Shown here piece by piece: positions 12,063-25,094 of a stretch of 64,000 bases of DNA (position 1 is its first letter; each line of letters begins with the position of its first letter). The DNA comes from Octopus sinensis. Taxonomy: Eukaryota. The notes under the pieces were generated by a model. That model ran no database searches. It saw only the letters and a program-made list of their open reading frames with translations, and had not been told where the DNA came from. Position numbers and translations under genes: made by a program. The stretch spans positions 106,950,001-107,014,000 of the forward strand of contig NC_043002.1 of NCBI RefSeq assembly GCF_006345805.1, given 5' to 3'.

Positions 12063-12814
12063 TTTTTTTTTTTTTTATTTTTGTATGACAGTAATGTTCA
12101 TTTAAGCTAATAAGAGGACTGGTAGACACCCAAAGCGCACACAGTAATAATCATTTTGATTTAATGTCTGTTTTTCCATGCTGGCTTGGGTTGGACAGCT
12201 CAACGAGAGCTAACAAGCCGAGGCTGCATGTCCTTCCTAATGTCTACCACTTTACAGAATGTACTGGATGCTTTCTATGTGGCACCAACAGCAATGAGGT
12301 CACCACAAGACAAGACCTTTTCAACTGAAACAAGTAAAAGAGTAAAGGGAGAGATCAATATTAGATTGAGTTGTAAATAGAACATTTCTCACCCACTCAA
12401 CAGAAGTTTGCTCAGAGAAGGAAATCATAGACAAGCAGGCAGACAGAATGTGTGTACGTGCGTGCGTTTGTGTGTGTGTGTGGTTGTGTGTGTGTGTGTA
12501 AAAACTAAAGTACCAGGGTCAATTCATTTGACTAAAAGTTCAAGGTGGTGCCCCAGCATGGTCGCAACCTAATGACTGAAATAAGTAAAAGATAAAAATG
12601 GAACATGCGGCAACGGCAATAATGAAAGTGATAATTAAATCCTGACATTTCTAGAATGGAGTGCTTGTGTTGAGAGAGGCAGAGAAAACAAAGGAAGAAA
12701 CCAGGTCTGTTGGCTTATCTTCAAATTGGAAACCTGCTGTGAATGCTTGCAACAGGGTGGACATTTACTGATGGTACCCAAGGACCAGGTGACAGCATTT
12801 TTATTCCTCCAATG

Positions 12815-13081
12815 CAGTGTTTCTCAACATTTTTACCCTTGCATAACCCTTAAAATAGATTACATGTCTCAAGGAACCATATACTCTTACTCTTTTACTT
12901 GTTTCAGTCATTTGACTGCGGCCATGCTGGAGCACCGCCTTTAGTCGAGCAAATCGACCCCAGGACTTATTCTTTGTAAACCCAGTACTTATTCTATTGG
13001 TCTCTTTTGCCGAACCGCTAAGTGACGGGGACGTAAACACACCAGCATCGGTTATCAAACAATGCTAGGGGGACACACACA

Positions 13082-13123
<42 letters not shown>

Positions 13124-13890
13124 TACGACAGGCTTCTTTCAGTTTCCGTCTACCAAATCCACTCACAAGGCATTGGTCGGCCCGGGGCTATAGCAGAAGA
13201 AACTTGCCCAAGATGCCACGCAGTGGGACTGAACCCGCAACCGTGTGGTTGGTTAGCAAGCTACTTACCACATAGCCACTCCTTTCTCATATTTTTTCAT
13301 TGCAGTTCACATTGTAAATATCATATCATCATCATCATCATCGTTTAGCGTCCGCTTTCCATGCTAGCATGGGTTGGATGGGTCAACTGGGGTCTGTGAA
13401 GCTGGAAGGCTTCGTCAGATATATATATATGCCAGTGCCCCCTGACTGGCTCCCATGCTAGTGGCATGTAAAAAGAACTATCTGGATGTGATCAATGCCA
13501 GGCCCACCTGACTGGATCCTGTGCCGGTGGCACATAAAAAGCACCCACTACATTCTCGGAGTGGTTGGCGTTAGGAAGGGCATCCAGCTGTAGAAACATT
13601 GCCAGATCAGATTGGAGCCTGGTGCAGCTGCTGAGTCTCCAGACCTCAGTCAAATCATCTAACCCATGCTAGCATGGAAAACAGACGTTAAACGATGATG
13701 ATGATGATATATATATGGTTGTTATATTTTTTTGATAATATGTTAGATAGGATGATGTCATATTACAATAACCAATAATATGTTGTGCATGTATAATAAT
13801 ATTACGATCATGAAATAGTTGTTAGCTTATTTCACTCTTTCTCACAGAACCCCTAGGAACCTTCTGTGGAACCCTGGTTGAGAAACACTC
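12815..13890. mobile_element. hAT-like MITE carrying nested SINE A and RTE tails
   Basis: CAGTGTTTCTCAAC ... GTTGAGAAACACTC inverted ends; 8-bp flanks CTCCAATG and CTCTAACA are partly similar. Confidence 0.55.
12882..13282 (-). mobile_element. SINE family A nested in an hAT-like MITE
   Basis: Same diagnostic head and tail. Confidence 0.88.
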
Positions 13891-14403
13891 CTCTAACATG
13901 ACAGATGAACTCTACTACCCTTCTAATTTTTTTTTTTTTTCTTTTTGTAACCAGCTCCTAATCAATAGACTCACAAGCTTAATGTGCTGCAGGCAGCTTA
14001 ACAGATAGTCCTGCCTGATAACTAAGTTTATCTAAATAAAGGTAACAGGAAAAAAAACACACAAAAAGACAATAGCATGAAATGACAGATAAGCCTTGTG
14101 ACTGACTTAGTTTTGCTTCAGTTCTTTTGTTCTTTATATCTTGAAACAAGTTATTTTGAATATATTTAACCCTTTAGTGTTTAAACTGGCCATATCCGCC
14201 CAAATATTCTATGTTTTATATTCAAACCTGCGATATCTGGCCTCTCACACCTAATCTACACTGACATTCTAAAAATAAACAATCACATCACTGAAACCTC
14301 AAAAGTTATAAGATAATGCAGGATTAATTAAAAACAATTTTAATAAAAAAAAGCATTACATTTAACAGAGTAATCTGAACACTAAAGGGTTAAAGACAAA
14401 GCA

Positions 14404-14472
<69 letters not shown>

Positions 14473-15279
14473 ATATATAATATATATATAATTCTTTTAC
14501 TTGTTTGAGCCATTTGACTAAAGGCCATGCTGGGGCACCACCTTTAGTCAAGCAATTCGCCCCCAGGACTTATTCTTTGTAAGCCTTGTACTTTTTCTAT
14601 TGGTCTCTTTTGCTGAACTGCTAAGTTACAGGAATGCAAACACACCAACATCAGTTGCCAAGCAATGTTGGAGGGACAAACACACATATATATATATATG
14701 ACGGGCTTCTTTCAGTTTCTGCCTACCAAATCCACTCACAAGGCAGGCTTTGGTCAGCCCGAGGCTATAGCAGGAGACACTTGCCCAAGGTGGCACGCAG
14801 TGGGACTGAACCCAGAACCATGTGGCTGGTAAGCAAGCGTCTTACCACATATAAATTCAGCAGAAACATTAATTACAGAGAATATTTTGGGCCAATGATT
14901 TTATAGCAGTTTGCAGAAATATTATTTACTATATTTGCCAGAGAAAGTACAATCACCATCATCTAACATATATAAATAAATCCACAGTTATAAGAAAAAA
15001 GATTTTCATACCATAATCTAAAATTGCTTATACAAGGCCAGATATGTTTGTTCATCTAGTTTAAGAATTCAGTTATAAAAAGTCTATTTTGATACAGCAA
15101 TCATGCCCCAGCATGGCCACAGTCAACAGAAGCCAATAAGACAGTATAGCTAGTATACTTAGTTCACCTGCAAAATATCCCCTATTTGTCAATCACTTTG
15201 TATCATCTGACAATCTGCCAGTTGGTTGTCTTCATTTAACCTAACCACTCATTCAGATTGCTACAACTCCTCCTCCTCA

Positions 15280-15575
15280 TTATCATCATCATTTAAAGTC
15301 TGTTGGGTTGGACGGTTTGACCAGGGTTTGTAAGCTGGAAGCCTGCACCAGACTCCAATCTGATTTGGCACGGTTTTCTACAGCTGGATGCCCATCCTAA
15401 CGCCAACTACTCCGGGAGTATAATGGAGTGCTTTTATGTGCCACCGACACGGGTGCCATTTGCATGACACCGGTATCTGCCACAACTGCGATTTTGCTCG
15501 GCTTGATGGGTCTTCTTCTGAAGAACAACATAATGCGAAAGGTCTTGGTCATTGCCTATGTGAGGCCCAATACTC
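15280..15575 (-). mobile_element. RTE 3' tail that runs into the 42-bp minisatellite
   Basis: CTGGATGCCCATCCTAACGCCAAC core and GTGAGGCCCAATACTCGAAAGG RTE remnant. Confidence 0.8.
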
Positions 15576-15576
15576 G

Positions 15577-16152
15577 AAAGGAACTCAGCCACTTTGCCTC
15601 CGTGAGGCTCAACAGTCGAAAGGAACTCAGCCACTTTGCCTCCGTGAGGCTCAACAGTCGGAAGGAACACAACCACTTTGCCTCCGTGAGGCTCAACAGT
15701 CGGAAGGAACACAGCCACTTTGCCTCCGTGAGGCTCAACAGTCGGAAGGAACACAGCCACTTTGCCTCTGTGAGGCTCAACAGTCGGAAGGAACACAGCC
15801 ACTTTGCCTCCATGATGCTCAACAGTCGGAAGGAACACAGCCACTTTGCCTCAGTGATGCTCAACAGTCGGAAGGAACACAGCCACTTTGCCTCCGTGAG
15901 GCTCAACAGTCGGAAGGAACACAACCACTTTGCCTCTGTGAGGCTCAACAGTCGGAAAGAACACAGCCACTTTGCCTCCGTGAGGCTCAACAGTCAGAAG
16001 GAACACAGTCACTTAGCCTCCGTGAGGCTCAACAGTCAGAAGGAACACAGTCACTTAGCCTCCGTGAGGCTCAACAGTCGGAAGGAACTCAGCCACTTTG
16101 CTTCCGTGAGGCTCAACAGTCAGAAGGAATTCAGCCACTTTGCCTCCATGAG
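15577..16152. repeat. 42-bp minisatellite, about 14 copies
   Basis: Unit GAAGGAACACAGCCACTTTGCCTCCGTGAGGCTCAACAGTCG; 14-aa periodicity in the overlapping ORFs. Confidence 0.95.
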
Positions 16153-16211
16153 GCTAACCCATAGATATTAATTATTTTAAATCAGAAATAAATAAATAAG
16201 AAAACACTTAC

Positions 16212-16355
16212 CCATGAATGTAAAATAAAATATACAAGGCTTTAGGATCACAGAGGTACTCAGATTTAACAGACAACACACCATCGTCTGTGATAATAAG
16301 TGGCTCTAGAGCTGGGTGCTGGAATTGGACAAGCTGATTAAATAACCGTTCAACA
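16212..16355 (-). CDS. GGNBP2: GGNBP2 next coding exon
   Basis: Acceptor ttcag|T at 16355, donor GG|gtaagt at 16212; 144 nt. Phase 2 joins the previous exon (AG+T=Ser) giving SVERLFNQLVQFQHPALEPLIITDDGVLSVKSEYLCDPKALYILFYIHG, versus remembered human SVERLFSQLVESGNPALEPLTVGPKGVLSVTRSCMTDAKKLYTLFYVHG. Confidence 0.93.
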
Positions 16356-16913
16356 CTGAAAGAAAAAGTAAAACAAAGTTCCATCATCAGTAGTTTGAAT
16401 ATTAACAGAGATTTTATCACATTTATTTGCAGCTAGTTAGCCCCAGTAAGTCCTGATCAAGCAGACTTTTAATGAAAACTATTCAAGCCGAAGCCATTAC
16501 ATTCTTTTAGGCAAAGGTAGTCTAGGACTACATTACCCAATAATGAGTCCATCCCTTTTAAAATAGTATTATGGTACGAGTGAGATTTGGCTGCTATTTC
16601 CAGCAGCTTTCATAACATTGTAAGGGTTTCTTTATTGACTTTTAATTTGTAGCATAAAGTGTTTATGACTAAGTATGAGGATATCAAAGCTAAGCTGTAT
16701 CAGAACAGATAAGATTCCCAACAGAGAATTCGAACTGACAAGGATTGCTACTTTAGTATTTTTGCTTCTGTTTATGTTCCCCAAATCCTTTCATTGCAAA
16801 ATTAAATAGGATTATGTTTAGTGAATTTAGAAAACAAGATAATTTCAGAAGAAGGATTGAGACAACTGAGACCCAATAAAGCTGCCATTCAATTGGACTT
16901 TATACGCAATATA

Positions 16914-17324
16914 GGCGCAGGAGTGGCTGTGTGGTAAGTAGCTTGCTTACCAACCACATGGTTCCGGGTTCAGTCCCACTGCGTGGCATCTTGGGCAAGT
17001 GTCTTCTACTATAGCCCCGGGCCAACCAAAGCCTTGTGAGTGGATTTGGTAGACGGAAACTGAAAGAAGCCCGTCGTATATATGTATGTATATATATATG
17101 TGTGTGTGTGTATGTTTGTGTGTCTGTGTTTGTCCCCCTAGCATTGCTTGACAACCGATGCTGGTGTGTTTATGTCCCCGTCACTTAGCAGTTCGGCAAA
17201 AGAGACCGATAGAATAAGTACTGGGCTTACAAAGAATAAGTCCTGGGGTCGATTTGCTCGACTAAAGGCGGTGCTCCAGCATGGCCGCAGTCAAATGACT
17301 GAAACAAGTAAAAGAGTAAAGAGT
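16914..17324 (+). mobile_element. SINE family A, full length; further copies follow at ~17342-17710 and ~17968-18310
   Basis: GGCGCAGGAGTGGCTGTGTGG...CATGGCCGCAGTCAAATGACTGAAACAAGTAAAAGAGTAAAAGAGTA. Confidence 0.9.
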
Positions 17325-18984
17325 AATATTAAAACAATCTAAGGCATGGCTGAGTGGTAAGAAGCTTACTTTCCAACCACATGCTTCTGGGTTCAGTTCC
17401 ACTGTGAGGTCCCTTGGGCAAGCATCTTCTACAGCCTTGTGCCAACCAAAGTCTTGTGAGTAGATTTGGTAAATGGAAATTGGAAGAAGCCCATCATGTA
17501 TGTATGTATGTATGTGTGTGTGTGTGTGTGTGTGTGTATGCCCCATCACCACTTGACAAATGTTGTAGGTGTGTTTATGTCCCCATAACTTAGCAGTTCT
17601 GCAAAAAGAGGTCAATAGAATAAGAACTAGGCTTTAAAAAAAAAAGGCAAAAGCCTTCAAAGTGGTGCCCCAGCATGGTCACAGTCAAATGACAAACAAG
17701 TAAAAGACAAAAAAAAAAGATATTTCAAATCAATTAATGAACCAGTGATTCCATAAAATCAAATACACAACTACTTTGATATTCTCTCTAAAACATGTAT
17801 TTATATGATACAGTGGTTGGCGTTAGGAAGGGCATCCAGCCGTAGAAACACTGCCAGATTTGACTGGGCCTGATGAAGCCTTCTGGCTTCACAGACCCCA
17901 GTAGAACCGTCCAACCCATGCTAGCATGGAAAACGGATGCTAAACGATGATGATGAAGATGATGTTGAGGAGTGGCAGTGTGGTATGAAGCTTGCTTCCC
18001 AAACCACATGGTTCTGGGTTCAGTCCCACTGCATGGTACCTTGGGCAAGTGTCTTCAACTATAGCCTCGGGCCGACCAAAGCCTTGAGAGTGGATTTGGT
18101 AGGCAGTAACTGAAAGAAGCCCATCGTGTGTGTGTATTTGTGTCTGTGTTTGTTTGTCCCCCCCACCAGCGCTTGTCAACTGGTGTTGGTGTGTTTACAT
18201 CCCCAAAACTTAGCAGTTCAGCAAAAGAGACTGATAGAATAAGTCCTGGGGTCGATTTGTTCGACTAAAGGCAGTGCTCCAGCATGGCCGCAGTCACATG
18301 ACAGAAACACGGTTGCAAGCAGGTAGAATCGTTATCAGGCCAGGCAAAATGCTTAGCAGCATTTCCTCCCTCTTTACATTCAGAGTTCAAATTCCACTGA
18401 CATCAACTTTGCCTTTCATCCTTTTGGGGTTAATAAAATAAGTACCAGTTGAACACTGGGTATCAATGTGATTGACTCATCATCCCCTCCCCCCGAAATT
18501 GCCGGCCTTGTGCTAAAATTTGACACCACGACATGTTGCTGCTGCTGTTAAACCTCACTTCAACTCTGATTTGGCAGGGCTATGATCAAAAGCATTCCAG
18601 ACATGACCACTGCATCTTTAATTTTCAGACAATCTATTTAAGTGCCACCACCACCTCTCTGACTGTAGTGTGGATTTTGAGGACGATTTGGCCCCTAAGG
18701 TGAAGGAAACACCACTCTTTACATTGCCAATTTATAGGGTTCTTTAATCATACCAGACTGACAATTTATCATAAAATATGGGGAGAGGAAAAAAATCTTT
18801 TAATATAAAAAAAAACACATTGCTAATATCCTTTTTGTCTCTGTTATAATTTCAATTTTCTATTTGTTTCCTTCCTTGTAAAAACATCATCTAAAAAGCA
18901 TGAGAGAAGGTCTATTGTTATATTAGTTACTGTAATTCAAATAGGATCTAAACTCTGCTCAGGTGAACAAGAGTAGTCACTGGA

Positions 18985-19245
18985 TCATCATCATTTAGCG
19001 TCCGCTTTCCATGCTAGCATGGGTTGAACGGTTCAACTGGGGTCTGTGAAGCCAGAAGGCTGCATCAGGCCCAGTCTGATCTGGCAGTGTTTCTACGGCT
19101 GGATGCCCTTCCTAACGCCAACCACTCCGTGTGAGTGTAGTGGGTGCTTTTTACGTGCCACCCGCACAGGTGCCAGACGGAGCTGACAAACAGCCACGGA
19201 CGGATGGTGCTTTTTACGTGCCACCGGCACGGGGGCCAGGCGAGA
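18985..19245 (-). mobile_element. RTE 3' tail element
   Basis: CATCATTTAGCGTCCGCTTTCCATGCTAGCATGGG...GGATGCCCTTCCTAACGCCAACCAC. Confidence 0.85.
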
Positions 19246-20279
19246 ACAATTTGTTTCCATTGATGAAGAAAAACTAGTTACCTGTGATGATGATAAACAA
19301 GAAACAAAGCCAAGTCAAAGACTAAAAAAAAAAAAAAACCCCAAAAACAAATAAAACAATTTCTGGCTGATTCAGTAAAAAGTCCTTATAATCCAGTCAT
19401 GCTCTGTTAGTTACAAGAAAGTAGCCTGTTTTTTTTTACTTTGTGTTTTTATCAGTCAGTTTTTTGCCTAAAAGCTTCCCTTGTAATTTTCTCACTTCTA
19501 TCTGGCAGAAACATTAGCACGCCGGGCGAAACGCTTAACTGTATTACGTCTGCCTTTATGTTCTGAGTTCGAATTCCGCCAAGGTCGACTTCGCCTTTCA
19601 TCCTTTTGGGGTCGATAAAGTAAGTACCAGATACGCACTGGGGTCGACATAATCAACTTAATCCGTTTGTCTGTCCTTGTTTGTCCTCTCTGTGTTTAGC
19701 CCCTTGTGGGTAGTAAAGAAATAAGTATCGATTATCATTTGTTCATCATTTGCATGTGTGTGCACTTAGTAACCTTTCCTGCTCAACACAGGTAAGTTTG
19801 AATGTAACTGCTGTGATTAACTATCTCAGGTAAATTGCATATATGTTTTATTTTTAACCGACATTATCTAGAGAGGAAAATCTTTTTGAAATCACCACCA
19901 TCATCATTGTTTGACATCCATGTTCCACCGGACTTCTGTGACTATTTTGGCAGGATTTTTACAGCTGGATGCCCTTCCTAACACCAACCACTCAGCTGAG
20001 TGGACTTAGTGCTTTTTATGTGGCACAAGCACATTAAATTCTGACCAGTTTCATCTCCAATCATCATCACCATCAGCTGCTTTCACCCTGGATGTGTATT
20101 TAACACATATCCAGGAATAACTATCATTTCTACACTAACTGTTAACAGTTTCTTACTCTAGATTCAGTCTTGTAACACAGAGACATCCAAGAACCTCCAA
20201 GACACACAATAACAACCAGAGATCAAGCTGATCAAAATGTCCTGGAGATGTTAGCAGTAAATCATTTTTGATTTAAATA

Positions 20280-22580
20280 ATCTGAAAAATGACTCGGAGA
20301 CACTACTATGAATGTTTGCTAAATGAGGAGAATGAATGGGAGAAAGAGAGTCTGTTCAATGTTGACTCAACAGAGGGACCAGCTATCCAAATTGACAGTA
20401 CCATGGTAGATAAAATAATAAGGGGTATGAAGACAGGGAAAGCCCCTGGCCCATCAGGAATCACCGAAGAGATGCTCAAAATATCTGGCAGTGTAGGCTA
20501 TAGTCTAGTCACCCATATAGTCAATCAGGTGATACATGAAGGAATCACACCCAATGACTGGTGTAGCAGTACCATAGTCAGCTGCTACAAAGGTAAAGGT
20601 GATGCATTAGACACAAATAATTACAGAGGTATCAAGTTGTTGGATTAGGTAATGAAAGTCATGGAGAGGGTCATAGCCCAACTAATTAGGGAGAGAGTTT
20701 AGACAAGATGCAGTTTGGGTTTGGAAGAAGCACCACTGATGTTATTTTTCTGATTAGACAGCTGCAGGAGAAATACCTAGCCAAAGATAAACCTCTGTAC
20801 TTGGGTTTCATTGACATGGAGAAAGCTTTTGACAAGGTCTCCCGATCCCATACCTGGTGGTTAATGCAGAAACTAGGGATAGATGAGTGGTTAGTGAGAG
20901 CTGTACAACTCATGTACAGGGATGCTGTCAGTAAGGTGAAGGTTGGCAACAAATATAGTAAAGCATTCCAGATAGGGGTCCACCAAGGCTCAGTTCTCAG
21001 CCCCATTTTATTCATCATAGCCCTCCAGGCAATAAGAGAGCAATTCAAGACAGGATGCCCCTGGGAGCTCCTCTATGCTGATGACCTTGCTCTAATAGCT
21101 GAGTCACTATCAGAACTAGAGAAGTTTCAGGTGTGGAAGCAAAGTCTAGAATCGAAGGGCCTTAGAGTCAATCTAGCAAAAACCAAAGTATTAGTAAGTA
21201 GAAAGGCAGACAAATCACAAATCCCTTCAGGTAGATGGCCTTGCTCGATTTGTAGAAATGGCGAAGGTAGAAACTCCATAAGATCTATGCAGTGTAAGCT
21301 ATGGACACATAAGAGGTGCAGCAATATCAAAGGAAGGCTAACTGAGAAAATAGATTTTGTGTGTGGCTGATGCACAAGGGCAATAAACACTGAAAATGTT
21401 CAGAAAACAGCTTCCATCATATGCCAGGGGAAAAAACTGGAGTAGATGATAGCTTCTGTTACCTAGGTGATCAAGTCAGTAGCTGGGGTGGATGCTAGAA
21501 TAAAAATAGCCTGGGCAAAGTTCAGAGAGCTCCCACCTCTGCTGGTGACAAAGGTCTTCTTGTTCAGTGTGAAAGATAGACTGTATGACCCATGTGCAAA
21601 CAACAATGCTACAGGCAGTGAAACATGGACTGTGACTGCTGAGGACATGCATAAACTTGCAAGAAATGAAGCTAGTATGCTCCACTGGATGTGTAACGTC
21701 AGTGTATATACATGACAGAGTGCAAGTGCCCTGAGAGAAAAGTTGGACATAAGAGGCATCAGATGTGGTGTGCAAGACGACTGCGCTGGTATGGTTATGT
21801 GTTACATATGGATGAGGACAGCTGTATGAAAAAGTGTCACACCCTAATAGTGGAGGGAACCTGTGGAAGAAGAAGGCCCAGGACGACCTGGAATGAGGTG
21901 GTGAAGCATGACCTTTGAACGCTGGGCCTCACAGAGGCAACGACAAGTGACCAAGACCTTTGGAGATATGCTGTGCTCGAGAAGACCCGGCAAGCCAAAT
22001 GAGACCGTAGCCATGGCCTATGCCAGTGTTGCATAACTGGCCCATTTAATAGTACCCTTCAATCATTGAGCAATAATCTGTACATGAGAAGACCTGTTGA
22101 GTCAGGTGAAATCACTGTCTTGGCCGATGCCAGTCCACTGGGCTGGCTCCCATGCCGGTGGCACATAAAAAGCACCATACGAGCATGGTCGATGCTAGTG
22201 CCACCAGACTGGCTCCCATGCCGGTGGCACGTAATAAGCACCATACGAGCATGGTCAATGCTAGTGCCACCAGACTGGCTCCTATGCCGGTGGCACGTAA
22301 TAAGCACCATACGAGCATGGTCAATGCTAGTGCCACCAGACTGGCTCCCATGCCGGTGGCACGTAATAAGCACCATACAAGTGTGGTCAATGCTAGTGCC
22401 ACCAGACTGGCTCCCATAGAAAGCACCCACTACACTCTCGGAGTGGTTGGCATTAGGAAGAGCATCCAGCTGTAGAAACCTTGCCAGATCAGATTGTAGC
22501 CTGGTGCAGCCTCCTGGCTTGCCAGTCCTCAGTCAAACCATCCAACATGGAAAGCGGACATTAAACGATGATGATGATAA
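20280..22580 (+). mobile_element. Degraded RTE LINE (RT pseudogene) with 3' UTR repeat array and tail, antisense in the GGNBP2 intron
   Basis: ORF fragments 20289-20648, 20708-21370, 21467-21715 and 21712-21918 are colinear with the 55110 ORF (KAPGPSGI, YADD, CSIC..HKRC) but broken by stops and frameshifts. Ends in the same ..GGAAAGCGGACATTAAAC(GAT)n tail. Confidence 0.93.
22143..22420 (+). repeat. 66-bp tandem array, 4 units plus a partial, in an RTE 3' UTR
   Basis: CTGGCTCC recurs at 22143, 22209, 22275, 22341 and 22407. Confidence 0.92.
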
Positions 22581-22708
22581 TCTAAAGACTGATACAATAT
22601 ATTGTATAAGGTTTCTCTCTTTGGTAAAGACTGGAAGATGTTGGCATTACAAATATTTATCATTGGAATTATATCCTTGTCTTTTTTAAAGCAAAACCTG
22701 ACACTTAC

Positions 22709-22902
22709 CTTCGTCGACATCCGACACAAGGAACTGTTTGTGATAATAGATGGAGTATTCCTTTACTCGTTACCATCATTGCAACCCGCTTTTCTTCATT
22801 AGTCAAAATGTTGAACTTTTGGATAAAAGGTTCCAATTCACGCTGCTTCACACCACAGACATGTTCACAGTCTGCACATTTATCACTGAATTGTATCACC
22901 AT
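22709..22902 (-). CDS. GGNBP2: GGNBP2 (gametogenetin-binding protein 2 / ZNF403) internal coding exon
   Basis: Acceptor tttcag|ATG at 22902, donor AG|gtaagt at 22709; 194 nt. Translates MVIQFSDKCADCEHVCGVKQRELEPFIQKFNILTNEEKRVAMMVTSKGILHLLSQTVPCVGCRR, matching remembered vertebrate GGNBP2 (MVMEF...FIQ...IAMVVTSREVLSALSQLVPCVGCRRS). Confidence 0.93.
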
Positions 22903-25094
22903 CTGAAACGACCAACAAAACAAGATTTTTTAAAAAATTTCAAATGACCAAAACAAAAGAAAGAAAAAAAAAACTACAAACAATATGACACAGTTAGGAG
23001 ATGGTATGTGACCTCTCAAATGCTAGAAATAGCAGTCGACTATCTCTTGAATCACAATTAAAAAAAAAAAAAAGACACTATTATAGTCCATAATACATCT
23101 GAAAGATAAAAATAATGGGATGGTCATGACTGAAATGTCTTTGATCCTACATCTGATCAATTTAGAACTAACCTGTAGTGAAAAAACTACAGGAATTAAT
23201 AGGTTTTTAATGCCCTGGTTATATTCCAGCAAGAAGTTATGATCAGCATGGAAATGGGGTGGAGTTAGGAAGGGTCTAAGCCACCCTAATCTCAGCCTCA
23301 TCAGGACTTAAGTGTTCCCCTAGTTCTGAAACCTAATTCCATCAGTGTGCGTGACTACCTGACAGTGAAATGATATAAATTCAGAAAGTTTGTGTGATTA
23401 CAGAACCTAAACATGAACACTCTTGTTACTGGCAATCTTCCTTTGGAGTCATCTAACCCATACAAGCCATGGAAAAAAAGACATAAATATGATGACTAAT
23501 ATTTTCATTTTTCCATTTCATACAAGAAGTCATTTTAAATATACCAGTCTTATCTGGACTTCATCAGCAAAGAATAGTTTTTAACTATATTTTCCAAAGT
23601 TGTGATGAATGAGTCACTAAGTGAATGTATAAGGCGGCATAGATTTGTCGACCTAGGAAAACAGAATATTAAATATGGATAGATACTAGCAAGCTCACTC
23701 ACTCTGCTAGGCTGAGAGAAACATTTATAGAATTGAATTTGCTTGCAGCTGATCTGAAATGGAAAATGAAAAGGCACCCAGAAAAATTTGCAATGGATAG
23801 ATCTACGTAAGTAACTTATCAAATTTGACTCCCAAAGCACAGGCCAAGGAAAAGGTTGCTTTTCAAAAATTAAACCAACATCTCGGTGTTGCGGCATATA
23901 TTGTGTGTTTGCTATATTTCGTACATTTGACACAGTCCAAAGCAGAGAAATAAGTAAATAAATAATACACTGTACATGATGATCATAAGCATTTAACGTC
24001 CCTTTTTCGATGACAGCATGGGGTGGACAGTCTAATATAAACTGACAAGCTAGAGGCTTGTACCAAGCTTCAAGGTCCACATCGGCATGGTTTCTGTAGC
24101 TGGATGTCATTTCTAATACCAACCACTTCACAGAGTGTACGGGGGTGCTTTTGTTGTAGCAGTAGCACTTGTGAGATCACCAAGTGCTCACAAGACAAGA
24201 CTCCTCAACTGAGGGATATTAATACTATGATAGAGGGAGAAGAGCAAGAGTCTTGCTGAAGAGGTGAATACATGACTTCCCTATCTGGAAAGGGGAGAGA
24301 GAGAGAGAGAGGTGCAAGGTCAAAATACAAGATGAATATAAAAGAGAGAATAGGGATAGAGAAAGGGGGAGAGTAGGTGTGTGTGCTAGAGTGAAAATAG
24401 TGTAACAGATGAATAGAGATGATGAATGAGGTGGATGAAGTGAATGTCAGTTTGGAGGAAGGTAAGTGAAAGGAAAGCAATTAAGAATGGGTCAAGGAGT
24501 AGAAAGAAGAGGTAAGGGACAGCAGGGGGGGGGATACAATGTGAAGTGTAAGGGGATAAGTGGTATTATTTACATCAGTGCTCCACAACCTGTTTTCACT
24601 TGTAGTACACTTATATTCACTTCCAAAATTCAGTGGTACACCTGAACTAAAAATATAACTAAAAGTCACCATCATCATCATCATCACAGTCATTTAACAC
24701 CCACTTTACATGCTGATATGGGCTGGACAGTTTGACTGAGGACCGGCAAGCTGAGAGGCTGCACCAGGCTCCAATCTGATTTGGCAAGGTTTCTACAGTT
24801 AGATGCCCTTCCTAATACCAACCACTCCGAGAGTGTAGTAGGTGCTTTTTACATACCACTGGCATGGGAAAAAATTATATTCAGGTTACACTGTGGCACT
24901 CCCAGCATCATGTCGTGGCACAGCAGTGTGCTGCGGCATACCTGTTGAGGCGCACTGATTTACAGCACCTGAGTAGCACCATAGAAGACTGGTGCTAGAA
25001 GATAAGTTGTGGGAGAAGGCTTGACAGGATCTCGTTTTTGCTGAGATGGAGGAGTCTTCTCAAGCACAGCAAATCACCAGAAATAAGAAATAAT

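Noticed and set aside
15428-16171. 247-aa, 242-aa and overlapping ORFs
   Set aside because: Artefacts of a stop-free 42-bp minisatellite, open on both strands.
22143-22420. Regularly spaced repeats resembling a CRISPR array (also 29843-30323)
   Set aside because: Units are contiguous with no unique spacers, there are no cas genes, and the context is eukaryotic.
23550-24131. 193-aa minus-strand ORF
   Set aside because: Starts inside an RTE tail, has no recognisable domain and has an intron-like composition.
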